A DNA stretch of 20,000 nucleotides from an uncultured virus (IMG/VR IMGVR_UViG_3300050821_001955) (taxonomy: Duplodnaviria; Heunggongvirae; Uroviricota; Caudoviricetes). Positions 15,499-20,000 of the stretch are shown here, in pieces. A program made the position numbers and the translations under genes. The stretch is from IMG/VR virus record IMGVR_UViG_3300050821_001955; one strand, written 5' to 3'. How positions within the stretch are numbered: position 1 is the first letter of the stretch; every line of letters begins with the position of its first letter. Below the pieces are notes generated by a model. That model saw only the letters and a list, made by a program, of their open reading frames with translations, ran no database searches and was not told the DNA's origin.

Positions 15499-16683
15499 TT
15501 ATGAAGTTGTTCCATGCCCTATCCCGCTGCGGCCATTGAAATCGGCACGTAGCTGCGGACACTGAATTGCCATCACCTTGAAGTTCAAACGCATACCACC
15601 GAGCGATTCCCATTGAACCGTAGTGATATCCATACCGTTAATAGCCCTAGCTACGTCCGGAGTCATTTGAACAAAGATAACGGTGAACGGGTTAGTAGCA
15701 TTCGTCAAGTAGTCCAAACGACGGATACCCGCAATACCGTCAATCTGCAAAAGCATACGACGGAGAGTACCAGCAGCCGGGTTAGTGCTACTATAGATCC
15801 GATCAAGATACTGATCCCAGTCCGTGGAAGTATAGACCATAAACGGGCCAAAGAACCGCTGGCTATACATCGTCTCACGGAGAGCCAACCAGCTACCCAT
15901 AACCGCGTCACCGTTCGTTCCCGTAGGCTGAACGATAGAGGTAAAGGTAACTCGGTTAGTGAAGTTCGTATAACCAAAGACCGTACTAGCCCGACCATAT
16001 TGAGGGGTCAAAGAACCGCCACCGTAAGTTACTCCGGTAGTAGTTCCGATCAAAGTCTGCTCGATAGTTTCCGCAACACGACGGCCAGCTGCTTCTCCCA
16101 TCGTCAGATCTAAAGGAGTCCCCCGATTACGAGAAACCATAAGACGACGCTTAGAGAACCAGAAGTCACTATGAGTAATCGGCAACGGAATACCTTGGAG
16201 TTGGAACAGAGGATTATCTGTCCGTCCTTCCGAGAGTCCGTCCATATCGACGATAGCCTCACCCGGATCACTCATCGTTTCATGTTCGAGAATCGGGGTA
16301 CTCATACCATCGAGAGAGTAGCTATTCGCTCCCGCCAGATCTGCCCACGCTCGCAAACGGAGACGAGCGGCACGGAGAATAACGTCATCTAGCTTAATCC
16401 ACTCTTCCTTACGGAGAGTCGTAGCGTTAAAGACTGGGCTATCAATCTCTAAGTCCCTAGCTTCGTTAAGAGTCATCTTAACCAGCTTAGGTCGGTAGGT
16501 TTGAGTAGCTTCGTCCCATACCTTACGTCCGCTGTTGACTGTAACGCATTTCTTACCGTAACGGGGAGATTCAGGATTCGTCTCAAAGAACGGACGCAAG
16601 AGTCCCGTATCAAATCGAGAACCTTCCAGAACTTCACCAACCGGTCCAACTCCGGAACCGTTCAAAATAAAATCCGAAAACAT
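15499..16683 (-). CDS. Major capsid protein, HK97 fold, encapsulin/Linocin_M18-like type (394 aa)
   Basis: NATTLRKEEWIKLDDVI...ARLRLRAWADL, PLPITHSDF, AGRRVAETIE and C-terminal KVMAIQCPQLRAD...SGIGH motifs; strong AAGGAG SD; canonical head-module position. Confidence 0.88.
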   Translation of the reverse strand: MFSDFILNGSGVGPVGEVLEGSRFDTGLLRPFFETNPESPRYGKKCVTVNSGRKVWDEATQTYRPKLVKMTLNEARDLEIDSPVFNATTLRKEEWIKLDDVILRAARLRLRAWADLAGANSYSLDGMSTPILEHETMSDPGEAIVDMDGLSEGRTDNPLFQLQGIPLPITHSDFWFSKRRLMVSRNRGTPLDLTMGEAAGRRVAETIEQTLIGTTTGVTYGGGSLTPQYGRASTVFGYTNFTNRVTFTSIVQPTGTNGDAVMGSWLALRETMYSQRFFGPFMVYTSTDWDQYLDRIYSSTNPAAGTLRRMLLQIDGIAGIRRLDYLTNATNPFTVIFVQMTPDVARAINGMDITTVQWESLGGMRLNFKVMAIQCPQLRADFNGRSGIGHGTTS

Positions 16684-16733
16684 TTAACTTCTCCTTACAA
16701 AAGATTGAAATGGTTAATCCCTATAAGGGAAGA

Positions 16734-17204
16734 TTAGGTACGCGAAACATAGCAGAGAATATCAGCCGTAGGAGCGGCAAGAGTCTCTCGAACAATAAAC
16801 GGTTCCGATTGAGGAGTACCCGTAGTAACGACAAACTTACCAGAACCGCTCTTAGCGATAAGGAAGTCCCCAATAGCGTGGGTATCCCCCGTACCAGCTA
16901 CGTCTAAGAGAAGGACATTCATCTCTTCTCCGCTAAGCGGGTAGTAGACTTGTGCCCGAGTATTAGCCACGTAAGCGGTTCCTACCGGAATACCTTGAAG
17001 CACGTCATCGAGAAGAATACAAATAGGAGTCCGTTGACCGTCGCTACCCCTTTGGAAACAACGCATCTTAAACCGACCACTAACAGGTTCCGTAGCCGGA
17101 ACAACCTCCATCAGCGTACCCGGCTTTGAAGTATCGGTGATGATAATTTCTTCAAACCGTCCTTTAGGATCTGCCGAAACGATAATACCGTTTCCCTTAG
17201 CCAT
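16734..17204 (-). CDS. Putative head decoration / cement protein (156 aa)
   Basis: Size and position between scaffold and capsid genes; KPGTLM...IGDFLI...GSGK beta-rich pattern; GGAGG SD. Confidence 0.65.
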   Translation of the reverse strand: MAKGNGIIVSADPKGRFEEIIITDTSKPGTLMEVVPATEPVSGRFKMRCFQRGSDGQRTPICILLDDVLQGIPVGTAYVANTRAQVYYPLSGEEMNVLLLDVAGTGDTHAIGDFLIAKSGSGKFVVTTGTPQSEPFIVRETLAAPTADILCYVSRT

Positions 17205-17262
17205 TATTACTTAACCTCCGTTGATTGAATAGAAAACTAGACTAGTTACACAACCAAACGGA

Positions 17263-19998
17263 TTAAGCCGTCTGCTGTTCTACATACTTACCGTTGACGA
17301 TAGGATTCTTAAAGTTACAAGTAGGCAACGGAAGGAAGTCATTATCATCCTTCTCATTCGCTACTACCTTTTTCTCATTTCCAGTAGGAACGGCCGCACC
17401 AAGATAGCTAGGAGCAGGACGCATCTCTACCGGAGCAGCGAGTTGAGCGAGAGGAGTCAACTGCTCAACATCCATCTTCTCAAGTTGGTCCTTACTAAAA
17501 GGATTACGAGAGTTACTAGTAATAGCTTCGATCAAGCTAGCCTTTTGTTCGGCTTCATAGCGTTGAGCGTTACGAACCATCCGCTGCATACTAGGCGGGA
17601 GTTCCCGCACATACTCTTCTTCCGTTTTCATTCGGGGTTTCTCCCACTTAGAGGTACTAGAGTTAAACACAAACCCTTCTGCTTTCTTAGTCTCCGCTTC
17701 GTTCACGATAATATGCTCGTGTTTGAGACCTTCTACTAGTTGATTGAGAATAGAATCCGGAAGCTTCATAAGAGCTTCTTTATCACTATCCTTAAATCGT
17801 TCGTTTTTAGTAGTACATCCTTTACAATGTATCCCGCCGCAGTTGTTAGTGAGAAGACCATTAACAGCGGTTTCTCGTTCGTTAGCCGTCAGTTTCATTT
17901 CAGTCTCCTCATTCTCTTCGTTAGCTTTATAACCAATATCACCGGTTTTCTCATCGTCACTTTTATACAAAGGAGACTTAGACCAAAGGTCATACTTCGC
18001 TACGTCTCCGATAATCGAATGACCTCCTACCGTAGTAAGACTAGCTTTAACTCCGTTAGGTCCAGAGCCATTACCTTTGAATTCGGTAATCTTCCCCGTA
18101 GCTCCGTGAAGTAAGTCATTACTAGGAGCGTTGACCCTAACTACCGTCCCTACCTTAAGAGGATTACCTTGAGTTCCGGCCATATCTGTTCCATGCCCGT
18201 GAATACGATTCCACTCGGTAAAGTCCGTACTAGCGTTAAGATCGGCAGCAGGATCTACTTGAAGCCCTTTCTTAGTCGAGTAGCCCATATCCGCATCGTC
18301 GTCATTGAGTTCCATAGATTCATCCTCATTAAGAGTTCCGTGTTTCGCTAGGACTTTATTCATCTTAATAGTATTAGCCTGTTGGTTGTGAAACGTAGCT
18401 TGACTACCATGAAGATTGGCCATATCCATATGCTGTTTAGCGGTGTCATGCATTCCGTTACGTTTCAGAACCTTAGCTACTTCTAGATGACTAGCTTGCT
18501 TAGCTTCGTGCATCTTTTGTTGTTTTTGATGGAATCCTAAACTACTCCCTTTAGCTCCTCCCGGACTAGCTCCGCTATGTTCGGCATTCCATTTCTTCCA
18601 ATCGTTATCTATAAGTTCATCTTCGTCCATATTCTCCTCCTCATTAAAGGATTCATTATCCTCCATATCATCGGAGGGAACATACTTTTGTTCTACTTCT
18701 ACCGATTCGTTATCAAAGTCTACTTCGTCATGAACCCAAGAGTAGTCTAGTTTATGTAAGTCGTCATCTTCATCCTTATAGATAACGTATCCGTCATAGC
18801 AATCGACTAGCTTAGCACTAGCTTTACCCATTCCGTTGTAATCATAGACTACGGGGAACCGATCTAAGAAAGCTTCTCGGATTTCTTCCTCAGCATCCGA
18901 GAAAGACATATCTTCCGGTAGCTCATTTTGAGTAAGATGGAACTCGGCGTTATCCGTCTTATCATCTTCTTTCCAACTATCCGGAATCGAGAAGCCTTTA
19001 CGCTTAGCGATCTTTATTATGTTCCTTTTAACTTGATCGGGATTATCCGCATGTCCTATAAGCTTAGCAGCGGCAGCTACGTCCTCTTGCTTTTGAATAG
19101 GAAAGCTAGTACCAGGACCAGCGAAGTCACTACTAGCCATCTTCTCTCGCTTAGACTGAGGAATGTCTCGGTTAGTAGTTTGGTTACGTACCTTCACCTG
19201 CTTAACGCTATCCTCTTGAGGATGATCTTCCGCTTCTTCGTCCTCATCTCCATAAGGGTCAGCTACGTCTACCTTCTTATTACCGCTAGCCGGAGCAGGA
19301 CTAGAGACAGTAGCCTTACCGCTCTTAGGTTGTTTAGTAGTATATTGATCTTCTTCGCTAGGACGTTTATCAGCTGGTTCAACTTCTAGAGCGTTTCTAG
19401 CCATAACAGATCTTTCGTGAAGTTTAGCGTGAATGTTACTAGCTTTGACATGAGCTTCTGCTGCGCTAGTATGGAGTTTTTCTGCGGTAGATCCGGCTTT
19501 AGTAGCAAACGCGGCTTGACTATGTTCTTGAGAAGCCTGTCTATGAGCCATAGCAGCTTCCATATGACTACCACTAGCGGCTGCTAGAGAAGCATTATTA
19601 GAATGAGTAAGAGCCGATTTAAGAAGAGGAGCTTTAGCCGTTCTACCTCCCGCAACTAGAGAAGCTCTATTACCATGAGTAGCGTTCCACTGCTTCCAAT
19701 CGTTAGTCTCTAACTCGTTCATAGTTGATCCTAATAATCTAGAGTCTCCTTCTTTTATAGGTTGTCTAGAAATAGCATAATGAGCTTCTAGATGTCGGTT
19801 AGCGGCTTCTACATGAGTATCGGCAGCGACTTTATGAGCTAGTCCCTTAGAAGAGTTACCTTGAGAGTCCTGTTCTTTCGCTACTCCTAAGTGAGCGTCC
19901 GCTGCTCTACGATGAGAGTTAGAAGCAGCTAGGTGTTCTCCCTTTTTATTATGTCTTAAAGCGTTACGAGAGCGAACTAGAGCTTGCTTCTCATTATG
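17263..19998 (-). CDS. Large modular head morphogenesis protein (probable protease-scaffold type), >911 aa, 5'-truncated
   Basis: The frame of the 819-aa ORF stays open from 19722 to the window edge (HNEKQALVRSRNALRH...LLGSTMNELETN). It has His/Ala-rich helices, acidic linkers, a DUF6582-like module (about 18970-19170), a KOW/SH3-like module (about 18000-18165) and a helical scaffold-like C-terminus. Any protease domain would lie outside the window. Confidence 0.75.
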   Translation of the reverse strand, partial: HNEKQALVRSRNALRHNKKGEHLAASNSHRRAADAHLGVAKEQDSQGNSSKGLAHKVAADTHVEAANRHLEAHYAISRQPIKEGDSRLLGSTMNELETNDWKQWNATHGNRASLVAGGRTAKAPLLKSALTHSNNASLAAASGSHMEAAMAHRQASQEHSQAAFATKAGSTAEKLHTSAAEAHVKASNIHAKLHERSVMARNALEVEPADKRPSEEDQYTTKQPKSGKATVSSPAPASGNKKVDVADPYGDEDEEAEDHPQEDSVKQVKVRNQTTNRDIPQSKREKMASSDFAGPGTSFPIQKQEDVAAAAKLIGHADNPDQVKRNIIKIAKRKGFSIPDSWKEDDKTDNAEFHLTQNELPEDMSFSDAEEEIREAFLDRFPVVYDYNGMGKASAKLVDCYDGYVIYKDEDDDLHKLDYSWVHDEVDFDNESVEVEQKYVPSDDMEDNESFNEEENMDEDELIDNDWKKWNAEHSGASPGGAKGSSLGFHQKQQKMHEAKQASHLEVAKVLKRNGMHDTAKQHMDMANLHGSQATFHNQQANTIKMNKVLAKHGTLNEDESMELNDDDADMGYSTKKGLQVDPAADLNASTDFTEWNRIHGHGTDMAGTQGNPLKVGTVVRVNAPSNDLLHGATGKITEFKGNGSGPNGVKASLTTVGGHSIIGDVAKYDLWSKSPLYKSDDEKTGDIGYKANEENEETEMKLTANERETAVNGLLTNNCGGIHCKGCTTKNERFKDSDKEALMKLPDSILNQLVEGLKHEHIIVNEAETKKAEGFVFNSSTSKWEKPRMKTEEEYVRELPPSMQRMVRNAQRYEAEQKASLIEAITSNSRNPFSKDQLEKMDVEQLTPLAQLAAPVEMRPAPSYLGAAVPTGNEKKVVANEKDDNDFLPLPTCNFKNPIVNGKYVEQQTA

Positions 19999-20000
19999 GC

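Noticed and set aside
15499..16683. Cellular encapsulin nanocompartment
   Set aside because: It sits among scaffold, decoration, adaptor and neck genes, so a phage capsid is the simpler reading.
1979..19574. Remaining plus-strand ORFs and nested minus-strand ORFs (5279..5479, 15404..15613, 15705..15998, 19386..19574)
   Set aside because: They overlap well-supported genes and show no protein motifs.
17263..19722. ATG 19722 as the start of the large head protein
   Set aside because: The frame is open to 19998 with the same His/Ala pattern, so the gene most likely begins outside the window.
1..20000. TAG stop-codon reassignment (alternative genetic code)
   Set aside because: Despite abundant TAG trinucleotides, long genes (1204 and >911 codons) have no in-frame TAG and many genes end cleanly at TAG. 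The few in-frame junctions (e.g. 5709/5687, 9930/9914, 10432/10419) are about what chance predicts.
1..20000. CRISPR array, tRNA, rRNA, integrase or att site
   Set aside because: No regularly spaced nucleotide repeats, cloverleaf or recombinase motifs seen; nearly all sequence is protein-coding.

Overview
Late (virion morphogenesis and probable lysis) region of a tailed dsDNA phage or prophage. It is densely packed and every credible gene is on the minus strand, transcribed right to left. Order: a large (>911 aa, 5'-truncated) modular head protein with a probable scaffold C-terminus; head decoration protein; HK97-fold major capsid protein; a structured RNA element plus a free-standing GIY-YIG homing endonuclease; two small proteins; head-tail adaptor, closure and HK97-gp10-like neck proteins. 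A ~7.5 kb block of 16 mostly membrane or exported protein genes follows, then a 1204-aa repeat-rich fibre, a glycine-rich protein and two more probable virion proteins. The unusual part is the 7.5 kb block. It has a Phage_holin_4_1-like holin but no recognisable muralytic endolysin. Instead it carries (i) a standalone FixL-like PAS domain retaining the His/Arg pair of heme O2 sensors and (ii) a translationally coupled trio: Pro-rich exported protein, papain-like C1 cysteine protease and CxxC thioredoxin-like protein. This suggests a possible sensor-linked, protease/disulfide-reductase lysis system. A Planctomycetota host is a tentative inference from sequence motifs. All family assignments are from motif recognition by eye; no searches were run.
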